Assembly: GCA_051819665.1 (NCBI GenBank) | Contig: JBNJDG010000004.1 | Location: 1 to 55,049, forward strand | Source of the DNA: Nanobdellota archaeon | GTDB taxonomy: Archaea > Nanobdellota > Nanobdellia > Woesearchaeales > CAZZGN01 | Direction: 5' to 3' | Length of the DNA stretch: 55,049 nt | Shown: in pieces, positions 8,406-18,590 of the stretch | Layout: each line of letters opens with the position of its first letter | Position numbering within the stretch: the first letter of the stretch is position 1 | Notes under the pieces: model-generated | Told to the model about the DNA's origin: nothing | Database searches by the model: none | What the model saw: the letters and a program-made list of their open reading frames with translations, nothing else | Made by a program: the position numbers and the translations under genes

Positions 8406-11400
8406 ATGAAGCTAAAAAGTGTAGTAGTGGTATTTGTATTTATATTCTCGATTTCTTTAGCTTCTGCTGGCTCATCCTTACAGACCTCTCTCACGCCCGA
8501 CGAAGCGGATATGTGCGGGGGGCCTGATCCTGATACGCTTAATATGACAGCAGAGGTGACGAATGATGGTACTGAAAATCTGTCTTCTGTCGATGCAGAG
8601 CTTGTTATCGGTAGCGGGACAGGTATCTCCGTAAACACCTCCAATCCTCTCTCTCTGGGAGACATGGACACGGGCAACAGCACGACAGTCAACTGGACCA
8701 TCTCCTGTGATGAGAGCCAGTCCGGTGACCATGTGCTTTATCTTAACTATTCCACAGCCGGAAGTTATAGCAATACTTCGATAGAAGAGAATGATGAGTT
8801 CAGCGAGATCACAGTCAATACTTGTGAGACGCCCGTAGTGGAGGATATGGAGCCTTCAGGAACAGTCACGAGGAATGATGTGGAGCTTAAGGTTAATACT
8901 GACATGAAGGCTGACTGCAGGTATGATGATGAGAATGTAAGTTACAGCATTATGACAGGCAGGCTTAACGGTTCAGATGAGGAATATACTGATACACAGT
9001 CGCTTGAGGAAGGGGATCATGAGTTTTATGTCAGCTGTGAGAACGGTTATTCATCATGCTCTGACACGATGGATGATCCTGAAAAGCTCTATTTCGAAGT
9101 TGATACTAACTCGCCTGAAATTTTGAGCTCTTCACCGACCGGCGAAGTGTCTGAGTCATTCACTCTTGAGGTCGAAACGAACGAGAACGCTACGTGCAGG
9201 TACAGCAGCTCAAGCGGAGAAGATTATGGCGAGATGGAGAAGACAATGGACTCTGTAGATTCATTGGATCATAAACAGGACATGTCCATCACTTCTGACG
9301 GGTCTTATACTTATTATGTGAAGTGCAAGGACAATCACGGTAATGAGGCAGCTTCGGACCATGCAATAAGTTTCACAGTTGACAGCTCTCCTGTCGCTGA
9401 AATCACTCTAAGTGATCATCCTCCTGTAAATCCGGGTGTTATCCAGGTGGATCTTGTTACGTCTGAGAAGGTTGTGTCCGCTCCAAAACTGACTTATGAG
9501 CTCCATGATGATGAGGATGAGGACAATCCTACGAGGACTGTTCCTCTGAGCGGTTCGGGAAGGTTCTGGGAAGGCGAGATGATAATCTATGAGGATGATC
9601 TCCATAAGGTCGGAGAGTTCAGTTATTCAGCGACTGATTATTCAGGTAATGTAGGTAATTCCATATCCTCAGGAAAATCTTTCCTTGTTGATACTCTTGA
9701 TCCGGAGGAGATCTCTGAGTTTGAAGGGGAATCAAGGGAAGATGGATCTATCAAGCTGGAATGGTATAACGATGATGACGAGAACTCTTATTTCAATATC
9801 TACAGGGCTACAGTATCGGATGTGGACAAGCTGGATCATTATGCGGAGAGTACTGATGAGGATTTCGAGGATCAGTCAACGGAATTGGGCGAGGAGTATT
9901 ATTACAGGGTAAGCTCTGTAGATACTGCAGGTAATGAAGGAGAGCTTTCGGAGACGATATCTGTGGTATCCAAGGCAGAGAATGAAACAGAGGTGAGTTC
10001 TTCAACAGGTCTTGATTCTGAGTATGTCCCTCTCGTGGATGAAAGGATAGAGAGGATCAATGAGCTGTTAATAGACCTTGAGAACGAGGCCAGTTCCTTT
10101 AATGAGGGGGAGAATAAGGATCTTGCGGAGACAGTTGATTTAAGCAGCGAAGTGGAGAGCATAAGGGAAGAATTGAAGAAGTATAAAGGAAAAGTCAAGG
10201 AACTCAAGGATGAGGATCTTTCGAAGAGCGAGCTTGATCTGGAGCTCAATAAACTTGATATGAAGATTGATACTTCAGAGAAGAACATTCCCGAGAGCAT
10301 TGAGCTTGTTCAGGAGATGGATAAAGAGAGCTCTCCTACTTCGAGTGATGTGAAAGAAGCTGCTAATGATCTTATCAATCTGAAGAGGATGACCAATATA
10401 GATGAAGATGTTAAAGAAAAGTATATAAAAAATAACCAGGAGTTTCAGTCTGATTATGAGGTGGGTACTAATCTCCAGAAGATAGAGGTTGAGTATCTTG
10501 GCGGTTCCTCCAAGGAGATAATCAATGTGGAGAAATCTATTAAAGGGAATCCGGGAGAGGGTTATTCATTAGTGGAGAAGATACCTAAAGAGTTGGCTTC
10601 TAAAGTTGATAATATTGAATTCGGCAATGAGAATTATGATATCATCAAGAGGGATCCTAAGGTGAGGTGGGTCCTGGAGGATGTTCCCGATAACAGCCTT
10701 TCTTATTATGTCGAGAGTGAGGAGGACCTTTCTTCTATAGGAGGCATAAAATCTATGATAATGGAAGATATCAATGATTATGTCGAGACTAATACTTCAG
10801 ATGAAGAGAATAAGACTGATTCTCCTGAAGAGGAATCTTCCGGATTCCTTGATAAGATCATGTCATGGGAGATAAATTCATCACAGATCGGCATAATCAT
10901 AGGTGTGCTCCTTATCATCGGTCTTAGCGTATATTATTTCTTCTATCTTGACCAGGATGATAATACAGGCAGGAAGAAAGAGGAGATGCTTAATGGTTAT
11001 GTCTCCCAGAAGGAGGCAGGAAAGAGAGAAAATCAGAGGAATGTACAACCTGTACACAATGATCCAGGGCCTGGAAAAGAGCAACAGAATCAGGGTATGC
11101 TCCAGGAGGAGATAAATGAGCTTTACAATCAGCTCCAGGTTACCAATATAAGGAATCTTCTTCAGGAAGCTCATATGAAGATTGATAAGGGAAGGAACAA
11201 AGAGGCTGAGAAGCTCATGGATGAGATCCTGGTCCTTTATAAGTATCTGCCGGAGAAACAGAAGCATATCGTGAGTTCTGAGACAGAGGAATTATCCAAC
11301 AGGCTGGACAGGAAAGGGAATAATGGGGAAACAGAACAGGTCTCTGGTACCAGGCCTCTCCAGTTTGTAAATGGGGCTATAGCTTCGGATCTGTTGCAGC

Positions 11401-11600
11401 TTCTTGTCATGATAGATAATATGGAAGAGGATGTCTTCAGGTATCATGTTAATCAATACCGTAATGATATAGGTGAGTGGGTGGGTAATTCTATGGGGAA
11501 GAAAGAATTGTCCAGGATATTGATGAGGCTGGATGACAGGGAAGAGATGGAAAGGGTTCTCCTGAATTATCTTAAATCCGAAAGGCTTAATCAGGGATGA
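8406..11600 (+). CDS. Large membrane-anchored surface protein with Ig-like/FnIII domains, coiled coil, TM helix and a cytoplasmic DUF5752-like C-terminal domain
   Basis: Signal peptide; two LxVxTxxxAxCRY repeats; FnIII-like LEW..FNIYR..YYYRVSSVDTAGNEG; TM IGIIIGVLLIIGLSVYYFFY; C-terminal FVNG..SDL..L...M...VFRYHVN..RNDIGEWV. Confidence 0.85.
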   Translation: MKLKSVVVVFVFIFSISLASAGSSLQTSLTPDEADMCGGPDPDTLNMTAEVTNDGTENLSSVDAELVIGSGTGISVNTSNPLSLGDMDTGNSTTVNWTISCDESQSGDHVLYLNYSTAGSYSNTSIEENDEFSEITVNTCETPVVEDMEPSGTVTRNDVELKVNTDMKADCRYDDENVSYSIMTGRLNGSDEEYTDTQSLEEGDHEFYVSCENGYSSCSDTMDDPEKLYFEVDTNSPEILSSSPTGEVSESFTLEVETNENATCRYSSSSGEDYGEMEKTMDSVDSLDHKQDMSITSDGSYTYYVKCKDNHGNEAASDHAISFTVDSSPVAEITLSDHPPVNPGVIQVDLVTSEKVVSAPKLTYELHDDEDEDNPTRTVPLSGSGRFWEGEMIIYEDDLHKVGEFSYSATDYSGNVGNSISSGKSFLVDTLDPEEISEFEGESREDGSIKLEWYNDDDENSYFNIYRATVSDVDKLDHYAESTDEDFEDQSTELGEEYYYRVSSVDTAGNEGELSETISVVSKAENETEVSSSTGLDSEYVPLVDERIERINELLIDLENEASSFNEGENKDLAETVDLSSEVESIREELKKYKGKVKELKDEDLSKSELDLELNKLDMKIDTSEKNIPESIELVQEMDKESSPTSSDVKEAANDLINLKRMTNIDEDVKEKYIKNNQEFQSDYEVGTNLQKIEVEYLGGSSKEIINVEKSIKGNPGEGYSLVEKIPKELASKVDNIEFGNENYDIIKRDPKVRWVLEDVPDNSLSYYVESEEDLSSIGGIKSMIMEDINDYVETNTSDEENKTDSPEEESSGFLDKIMSWEINSSQIGIIIGVLLIIGLSVYYFFYLDQDDNTGRKKEEMLNGYVSQKEAGKRENQRNVQPVHNDPGPGKEQQNQGMLQEEINELYNQLQVTNIRNLLQEAHMKIDKGRNKEAEKLMDEILVLYKYLPEKQKHIVSSETEELSNRLDRKGNNGETEQVSGTRPLQFVNGAIASDLLQLLVMIDNMEEDVFRYHVNQYRNDIGEWVGNSMGKKELSRILMRLDDREEMERVLLNYLKSERLNQG

Positions 11601-11667
11601 TTTCTGTAGCCTTTCTGCATGTTGTTCTTTCAGAAAAATATTTAATCTGTTGCATTTACCCAGCCTT

Positions 11668-12159
11668 ATGTTTAAGGAAAGTATAGACAGTAATCAATTG
11701 AAGTATATCATTGAGCCTTTGCAGGACCTGGATTCTCTGAGGGAGCTGACTTTCCGGAATGCTTCGTGCATAAACAGAGAAACTTACATAGGGATGCGTT
11801 CTCCCGAAAAACAGGAGAAGGCTGAACATGATTTTTTACATAATCCTGATGTCCTGTATTTGTCCATTAAGAAGGAAGATTCTGAAAGTAAAGGTTATAT
11901 GAGACTTTTCAGAGACAGTGAAGGCTGTGGGTGGCTTGATAATATAACTCCTTTCACAACTTACCATGTTCTTGGAACCAAGGATAGTATGAAGGATATC
12001 TTTAATGGTCTTTATGTCAGACTATCTTCAGGTCTCAACGGAGATTTTTATGCTGGTCTCCCTGATATGAAAAAGCAGCTCTGGATGGAGAACGAACCAG
12101 TGTATCATCATCGTTTTTCCCTGGGTAAAGATTATCATATTGTGGACATCCTGAAGTGA
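11668..12159 (+). CDS. Hypothetical protein, paralog of 1328-1831
   Basis: SCINRETYIG..PEKQEKAEHDFLHNPDV..GYMRLFRD..GWLDNI aligns with the 1328 ORF; ATG ~22 nt after a TATA-like TATTTAA. Confidence 0.8.
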   Translation: MFKESIDSNQLKYIIEPLQDLDSLRELTFRNASCINRETYIGMRSPEKQEKAEHDFLHNPDVLYLSIKKEDSESKGYMRLFRDSEGCGWLDNITPFTTYHVLGTKDSMKDIFNGLYVRLSSGLNGDFYAGLPDMKKQLWMENEPVYHHRFSLGKDYHIVDILK

Positions 12160-12211
12160 AAGTTCTTGGTAGTCCCAAATATATTTAAATGAGTTTTATA
12201 TCCATAGCTAT

Positions 12212-12976
12212 ATGAGATTACTGAAGATTTCTCTGCTGATGATATTGCTCTTACCTTTGCTGTCATTCGCGGAGACACCGGATGAAGTACAGCTTGATTC
12301 TTACGTGAATGATTATGCGGATCTGCTCACTGATGAAGAAGAGAGAGAGCTTTCCTCTTATCTTGAAGATATCCAGGATTCAGGTGAGGCGGAATTTGCG
12401 GTCCTTACTGTTGATAATCTCGGCGGTTATGACCGGAACAGTTTCGCTTTTGATGTGGCCCAGGGCAATCTAGGTGATGAGGATAAGAACAACGGGCTTC
12501 TTATACTCGTGTCGGAAGAGGGGAGACAATACAGGATCGAGGTCGGGAGAGGCCTTGAAGCTGATCTGAATGATGCCAAAGTAGGCAGGATCGGAAGAGA
12601 GATAATGGTCCCTAATTTCAAAGAAGGCAATTATTATAAGGGTTTGAGGGATTCGGTACTCCAGGCAGGAGCGGAACTGGATGTTAATTTTTCTGGAAAG
12701 GATGTTAAGGAAAGCGGTTCTTATTACAGCGAAAGCCAGGGGAGCAATTATGAGGGCTGGATAAACCTCGCTATCATAGTCCTTTTCATACTATTCATGG
12801 TTGCCAGGGCGAAGGGAAGGAAGAAAGGAAAAAGAGGAGGAGATGATGTTTTCCTTGCGGCTATGTTCGCTTCCTCTATGATGAGAGGTGGCGGCGGAGG
12901 TCTCGGCGGATCCGGTGGTTTCGGCGGATTCGGCGGCGGAGGCTTCGGCGGAGGCGGAGCCGGAGGAGGTTTTTAA
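12212..12976 (+). CDS. TPM-domain (YgcG/TLP18.3-like) membrane protein with Gly-rich tail
   Basis: YVNDYADLL, NNGLLILV..RIEVGRGLE..LND, TM helix, GGFGGFGGGGFGGGGAGGGF. Confidence 0.9.
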   Translation: MRLLKISLLMILLLPLLSFAETPDEVQLDSYVNDYADLLTDEEERELSSYLEDIQDSGEAEFAVLTVDNLGGYDRNSFAFDVAQGNLGDEDKNNGLLILVSEEGRQYRIEVGRGLEADLNDAKVGRIGREIMVPNFKEGNYYKGLRDSVLQAGAELDVNFSGKDVKESGSYYSESQGSNYEGWINLAIIVLFILFMVARAKGRKKGKRGGDDVFLAAMFASSMMRGGGGGLGGSGGFGGFGGGGFGGGGAGGGF

Positions 12977-12977
12977 A

Positions 12978-13199
12978 ATGCTGGAAAAATTTAAGAAGAA
13001 GTTCGGAAAGAAGAAAGATTCGTTTCAGGAGAAGGAGCTTAAATGCCCCAGGTGCGGCATAGTCATGGACAAGCTTAGGAAAGATGGTGTTGTTATAGAC
13101 AACTGCAGTAAATGTAAAGGATTATGGCTTGATGATAAGGAGATAGATAAGCTTGTCTCCTTGGCTAAGAAGAAAGAGGGTGATGATGATGGCAAGTAA
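12978..13199 (+). CDS. Small zinc-ribbon protein (zf-TFIIB-like)
   Basis: CPRC...IDNCSKCKGLWLD; ATG 2 nt after the TPM stop. Confidence 0.8.
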   Translation: MLEKFKKKFGKKKDSFQEKELKCPRCGIVMDKLRKDGVVIDNCSKCKGLWLDDKEIDKLVSLAKKKEGDDDGK

Positions 13200-13797
13200 T
13201 AATTATACACCGTATGTAGTGATAGGGATTATAGTATTATTGGTGATAATATTCTTCTCGACCTTTATCGGTGCTTACAATTCCCTTGTGAGACTTGATG
13301 AGACAGTAGATCAGAGATGGGCCAATGTTGAGACTGCTTACCAGAGGAGGGCTGATCTCATACCTAATCTAGTTGAGACTGTCCAGGGTGTAGTTGATTT
13401 TGAGAAAGAGACCCAGACTAAGATAGCTGAAGTGAGGAGTCAGGCTTCTTCTGCGAAGGAAGAGATGGAGGAAGCATCCGATCAGGAGGAGTTCAGGCAG
13501 GCAGCAGTCAAGTCCGATAAAGCGATGTCCTCGCTTAGTGGCCTCAATATAAATGTTGAAAGGTACCCTAAGCTGAAGGCTAATGAGAATTTCCTCTCCC
13601 TCCAGGATGAGCTGGCAGGAACAGAGAACAGGATAAAGACAGAGAGGGATCTTTACAATGAGGCTGTGAAGGAGTACAATATAAAGGTAAGAAGATTCCC
13701 TTCCAATATAATCGCTAATATGTACGGCTTTGAGGAGAAGGAGTCTTTCGAGTCTGACGAAGGTGCGGATGAAGCGGTTGATGTGGATTTCGAATAG
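13189..13797 (+). CDS. lemA: LemA family protein
   Basis: N-terminal TM; YN.LV..W..V...YQRRADLIPNLV; ERYPKLKANENFL.LQ.EL..TENRI...R..YN; FPSNIIA. Confidence 0.93.
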   Translation: MASNNYTPYVVIGIIVLLVIIFFSTFIGAYNSLVRLDETVDQRWANVETAYQRRADLIPNLVETVQGVVDFEKETQTKIAEVRSQASSAKEEMEEASDQEEFRQAAVKSDKAMSSLSGLNINVERYPKLKANENFLSLQDELAGTENRIKTERDLYNEAVKEYNIKVRRFPSNIIANMYGFEEKESFESDEGADEAVDVDFE

Positions 13798-13883
13798 GTA
13801 TTTCTTTCATGCTTTTTTCTCTTTCTTTTTCTCTCTGGGTTATGGATAGATTTAATAATAAAAAATGATTCTTAATTTACATT

Positions 13884-15389
13884 ATGTATGATGTAATACT
13901 CGTGATAGGTGAGCTGTTCTTCGATCATCCTCTCTCCGGAGCGGCTATAATCAAAAGGCTTCTTGAGAGGGAGGGCTATAAGGTTGGTGTGATTGAAAAG
14001 CCCGAGAAGCCGGATGATGTAAAGAGACTGGGCAGGCCTAGATTGTTCTTCGGTGTGAGCTCGGGAAGCATAGACTCTATGATAAGGAATTATACTCCTC
14101 TGAAGAAAAGGAGGGACAGGGATAAACATTCTGATTATGATGAGAATGTAAAGGACAGGGCCCTGATAGTCTATACTAACTGGATCAAGCAGTCCTTCAG
14201 GGACGTGAAGATAGTCCTCGGTGGTACGGAGAGCACTCTCAGGAGATTCGTCCATTATGATTACTGGCAGAACAGGCTCAGGAAGCCTATCATCTTCGAT
14301 GCCAAGGCTGATATACTCGTATATGGGAACGGAGAGAAACAGACTCTTGAGATTGCAGACAGGATAAATAAAGGCAATGCTCTTGTGGATATAAAGGGCA
14401 CATGCATAATCAGCAGGGACCTGCCTGATGGCTTTGAGGTAATACCGGGATTTGAAGAGATAAGGGAGAACAAGGACAGGTTCATTGATGCACAGAGGAT
14501 GTTCAGCAATGGAAGGAATCTGGCGCAGAAGATAGATAACAGGTACCTGTTGCAGTATGAATCTCCTGTCTATACGAGCAGTGACCTTGACCATTATTAT
14601 TCGATGCATTTCACGAGGAAGATTCCCAATACTTTGAAGGGATTTGAGTTCTCAGTCGTCACACACAGGGGCTGCATAGGGAATTGCAGTTTCTGCGCTC
14701 TCAGGCTGATCCAGGGAGATAAGATCATAAGCAGGAGCGAGGGATCCATACTTGACGAGATAAAGGGATTGACTGAACATCCGGATTTCAAGGGCACGAT
14801 AGATGATCTCGGTGGTCCTACAGCTAATATGTATGGAATGGATTGTAATCTTTGCAATGGAAATTGTATTGACTGCAGTAATCTGAAGACTGATCATAAT
14901 AGATTGTTATCCTTATTGAGGAAAGCGAGGAAGATCAAGGGAGTTAAGAGGATCCATGTAAGGAGCGGGATAAGGTTCGATCTGGCAACAAAGGAATACA
15001 TAAAGGAACTTGTCGGGCATGATCATATCATCAATACTCTCAGGATAGCACCGGAGCATACTGACAGGAGGATCTTAAAGCTTATGAACAAGGACAGAGG
15101 GGATCTCGATGAGTTCATAAGATTCTTCAGGAGCCTTGACACGAAGAAGGAGCTGTCGTTCTATTTCATTACTGCACATCCCGGTTCTTCCCTTAAGGAG
15201 GCGAGGAAATTATCAAACGATATAAAGAGGCTTAAGAATTCAGAGGATATACAGATATTCATACCAGCTCCTATGACTGACTCTACCTGTATGTATTATA
15301 CCGGAAAGGATCTTGACAAGAATGAGATACATGTTCCTTATACATACAGGGAGAAGAAAGAACAGAAGAGGATCCTTTACAGTAATTAG
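13884..15389 (+). CDS. YgiQ (UPF0313) family radical SAM protein
   Basis: FDHP, LGRPRLFFGVSSG..DSM..NYT, GGTESTLRR..HYDYW, HRGCIGNCSFC, DLGGPTANMY, APEH. Confidence 0.92.
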   Translation: MYDVILVIGELFFDHPLSGAAIIKRLLEREGYKVGVIEKPEKPDDVKRLGRPRLFFGVSSGSIDSMIRNYTPLKKRRDRDKHSDYDENVKDRALIVYTNWIKQSFRDVKIVLGGTESTLRRFVHYDYWQNRLRKPIIFDAKADILVYGNGEKQTLEIADRINKGNALVDIKGTCIISRDLPDGFEVIPGFEEIRENKDRFIDAQRMFSNGRNLAQKIDNRYLLQYESPVYTSSDLDHYYSMHFTRKIPNTLKGFEFSVVTHRGCIGNCSFCALRLIQGDKIISRSEGSILDEIKGLTEHPDFKGTIDDLGGPTANMYGMDCNLCNGNCIDCSNLKTDHNRLLSLLRKARKIKGVKRIHVRSGIRFDLATKEYIKELVGHDHIINTLRIAPEHTDRRILKLMNKDRGDLDEFIRFFRSLDTKKELSFYFITAHPGSSLKEARKLSNDIKRLKNSEDIQIFIPAPMTDSTCMYYTGKDLDKNEIHVPYTYREKKEQKRILYSN

Positions 15390-16807
15390 AATTCTTCCTT
15401 CTCGTATATCCTTCTCTCCCATTTCTTTATGCCTGAAGTGAAAAGCCCGTATGATGCTCCCAGGAGTATGAGACTGAACACTATATAAACGGTAATCCCG
15501 TAACCAAGTACAGGCATTACCATCCCTAGCATAAGCACCGGCAGCATGAAGGCTGCTGTCATGAGGAAACTGGTCGATTTCATAGATCTTTCATTCGGTT
15601 TCAGGCCATTGACGAAGAGATTGACAGCTCCTGAATATACTATGAAGGAGAATAAGATTATGATGCTTTCAGGGACCAGGATGCTTTCGTTCAGGTAAGA
15701 ATAAAGAAGCAGTATAGGTAAGCCAATGAGGAAGTTTATCAGCACTACAAGCGTCAGTTTGGAAAAGACAAATTGCCCTAATCTCACTGGCAGGAAGATA
15801 TAATAGCTCATCGAATCCATGCTGAAGAGTATATTAGCGAAGTTTATGCTTAAAGTTCCAATCAGGATAGAGAAGAATACGCTGTTGCTTATCACTGAAG
15901 AGAATCCTATAGGGAGGCCTTTGAGGCTTGTGAACAATAAAAGCAAGAGTCCGGAAGGCATGACAACATTGAAGAAAGGCTTTGCGAAAAGACCATGAGA
16001 TCTGTTGAGGTCTATAAGGTCTTTCTGGAAGAAATGCGGGAGCTTCCCGAATCGATAGGAGCTCAAATTTCTCTTTCTGGAAGTGATGTTGTACTCTTTC
16101 CCCACGATCCTTGAGATGAGGAATACAAAGATTGCCAGCAGGAGTATGTTCATTGAGATGCTGGTTAGGCTGAAGTCCGTGAAAGCAAAGTATGGAAGGA
16201 AAAATTCCCTGCCGATTGTAACCATACCATAAGCTGATAAGCCGGACAGGACAGTGAGGGCAAGGATGAAGAAAGCTCTGTTCTTCGCATATATGACAGT
16301 CAGCAGGAAGGATAACAGGAAACCTGTGATGAATGATAAGACCGAGGATAATAAGAACGCGCCGAAGAAAGAAGCGCTCATCCCTGCAATAAGGATAGAA
16401 GCCAGAAGACCTGCTGTAAGGGGAAGTATGAACCACCCTATATAGAATATGGTGTCTGAAAGCGCAGTAACAAGGAAGATCTCGCTCAGTTTTATAGGCA
16501 GGATCATAGAGTTAGAGAACAATTTCCCTACATCCCCGAACTTTCTTTTCAGGAAATCATTCGCATTGAGTCCGAAAGTCCCTGAGACAATTCCTGAGAT
16601 AAGGAAGAAAAGGAATGTGTAGAATGAAAAGTTAAGGATGTTCAGATTGATGTCAGAGAAAAGGAACAGGCATGAGAATATCAATGCAGAACTAAGGAAG
16701 ATAACCATAGGAAAGGCCAGGAAGTTATTCTGGTTGTTCAGTGAACCATGGAGCCTTGTTTCCTCCTTGATCAGGTTCTTAAGGAATAATGCTCTAATCT
16801 GTGTCAT
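15386..16807 (-). CDS. Multi-pass membrane protein, ABC exporter permease
   Basis: About 12 hydrophobic helices; overlaps the upstream ABC ATPase gene. Confidence 0.8.
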   Translation of the reverse strand: MTQIRALFLKNLIKEETRLHGSLNNQNNFLAFPMVIFLSSALIFSCLFLFSDINLNILNFSFYTFLFFLISGIVSGTFGLNANDFLKRKFGDVGKLFSNSMILPIKLSEIFLVTALSDTIFYIGWFILPLTAGLLASILIAGMSASFFGAFLLSSVLSFITGFLLSFLLTVIYAKNRAFFILALTVLSGLSAYGMVTIGREFFLPYFAFTDFSLTSISMNILLLAIFVFLISRIVGKEYNITSRKRNLSSYRFGKLPHFFQKDLIDLNRSHGLFAKPFFNVVMPSGLLLLLFTSLKGLPIGFSSVISNSVFFSILIGTLSINFANILFSMDSMSYYIFLPVRLGQFVFSKLTLVVLINFLIGLPILLLYSYLNESILVPESIIILFSFIVYSGAVNLFVNGLKPNERSMKSTSFLMTAAFMLPVLMLGMVMPVLGYGITVYIVFSLILLGASYGLFTSGIKKWERRIYEKEEF

Positions 16808-17507
16808 TTGAGATGACCTCTAGAAAGTAATCTTCCAGGTTTTTCCTCTTATTCCTGATATTCTTCACCTTGTCCTGAAGGATGAAACGGCCTTTGTTTA
16901 TTATCCCTATGTCTGTGCAGAGCTCTTCGGCTATGCTCAATACATGTGTTGAAAGGAATATGGTATTGCCTTTCTTGACATAATCCCTTAGGAATGATTT
17001 GAACTTTTTCTGCATTACCGGGTCGAGGTTTATCAATGGTTCGTCGATGAAGACCAGCTGCGGTTTGTGGATGAAGGCCTGAGTGGCGATCACTTTCTGT
17101 TTGGTCCCTCTGGACAGATCCTTTATCTGGTTGTTCTTGTCTTCTTTGTATTCGAAGAAATCAAGCCAGTCGTTGATGTACCTGTCCATGTTTTTTATGC
17201 CTCTCACTTTGCATATGAACTGGAGATATTCATAGACGGTAAGGAAAGAAGGAGGCGATTCCTGTTCAGGCACAATGCCTGTCTTGGCTTTGGCATGGAC
17301 AGGGTTCTTTGATACATCCTTGTTGAATATTAAAGCATTTCCGCTGTCAGGCATCATCTGTGCGGTCAATAACTTCACCAAAGTTGATTTACCTGCTCCA
17401 TTGGGTCCAATACAGCCGAAAAGCTCCCCTTTCCTGAGGCTTAGGTTTATGTCCCTGAGCTTAAAATCGTCAAATCCTTTAGCGAGGTTTTTTGTCTTTA
17501 GTATCAT
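16794..17507 (-). CDS. ABC transporter ATP-binding protein
   Basis: Walker A GPNGAGKST, signature LSRGTKQK, Walker B VFIDEP, H-loop STH. Confidence 0.95.
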   Translation of the reverse strand: MILKTKNLAKGFDDFKLRDINLSLRKGELFGCIGPNGAGKSTLVKLLTAQMMPDSGNALIFNKDVSKNPVHAKAKTGIVPEQESPPSFLTVYEYLQFICKVRGIKNMDRYINDWLDFFEYKEDKNNQIKDLSRGTKQKVIATQAFIHKPQLVFIDEPLINLDPVMQKKFKSFLRDYVKKGNTIFLSTHVLSIAEELCTDIGIINKGRFILQDKVKNIRNKRKNLEDYFLEVISNDTD

Positions 17508-17612
17508 TCTTGTCCCTTCCCGGAGCTTATCTTAAGTCCTCCTGTCAGTTTCGTTAAATTCATCATTAAAAAGTATTTCTCTTTTGGATTTTAACATAAG
17601 AATCCTGAGAAT

Positions 17613-17918
17613 TCAGGGCTTTGCATCCTTGGCGAATCCTGCTTCGAATTTACAACCGAATTTTTTTGCATGAGCGGCGCTCTTCGGGTATTCCCTGCAG
17701 ACTTCAGGCCTTGTCTCGTATATATCACAACCATGCTCACCCAGGAATATACATTCCATATTGTCCTTATGGATAAGGAATCTGTTGTTGTCAACCCATG
17801 TATCCAGGCAGATGATTATGTCGTATCTGTTTTCCTCTTTCCATCTCTTTATGTCCTCATCCCTTATCCTCACATAAGTAAAAGTACAGCAATTCCTGCA
17901 GTCCCCGCATAGATTCAT
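17613..17918 (-). CDS. YkgJ-family Cys-cluster (CxxCxxCC) protein
   Basis: CGDCRNCC...CIFL...CDIYETRPEVCREYP; start taken at MNLC. Confidence 0.85.
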   Translation of the reverse strand: MNLCGDCRNCCTFTYVRIRDEDIKRWKEENRYDIIICLDTWVDNNRFLIHKDNMECIFLGEHGCDIYETRPEVCREYPKSAAHAKKFGCKFEAGFAKDAKP

Positions 17919-17959
17919 CCTGAATCGGGAAATGTCATGGAATAAATACTTTACGGAAA

Positions 17960-18505
17960 TCACACATATTGGGCCATGGTGTTGAACCAGATGAGCATTG
18001 TCGCGAAATAGAAAAGTTCGATTATAGTATTTAATCCGGTAATGATGAAGAGAGCGAAAGTGCCAAGAATAGAGATGATTGGTGTGTATCTTGATATGAA
18101 TTTCGCTGCCTTATTCTCTGGATGGAAGTCCTTGTCTATGACATAGATTATCCTTGTCATGACCAGTGCTGCGGCGATGCCCAGGAAGGTATGGATAGCT
18201 TTGCTTAACATCATCTCGTCATTATAGGGCAGGAGGATAGCTGTGATTCCTATAAGTGCAAAAGCAATATGTTCCCTTTTTAATCCTGCATTCAATTTAT
18301 CCGTTATCCTCTTTATTACGAAAGGGAGAAGAACTATGACTATGCCTGTTCCGGCCAGGAATAAAGGATAATTCCCTTCCATGTTCCCTATCATCGAGAG
18401 AGGTTCTTTGAGCAGCGAAATCTCTCCGCTCTTAAGTATGAGAAGGGAAACGATGATTATGGAGAGAACAGAGATGATCCTTATCGATGTCCTTGTGCTT
18501 ATCAT
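17960..18505 (-). CDS. Integral membrane protein (DUF998-like)
   Basis: About six TM segments; LSMIG and conserved-looking His (IHT). Confidence 0.7.
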   Translation of the reverse strand: MISTRTSIRIISVLSIIIVSLLILKSGEISLLKEPLSMIGNMEGNYPLFLAGTGIVIVLLPFVIKRITDKLNAGLKREHIAFALIGITAILLPYNDEMMLSKAIHTFLGIAAALVMTRIIYVIDKDFHPENKAAKFISRYTPIISILGTFALFIITGLNTIIELFYFATMLIWFNTMAQYV

Positions 18506-18590
18506 AATTGCTCTCTCGTAATCACTTAATTAAATATTTTTCCGATTTTTGGAAAGTTTTATAAAACAGTATTATAGGAGTAAAGTTACA

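Noticed and set aside
12888-12975. GGC/GGA-rich tandem repeat
   Set aside because: It simply encodes the Gly-rich tail normal for TPM-domain proteins.
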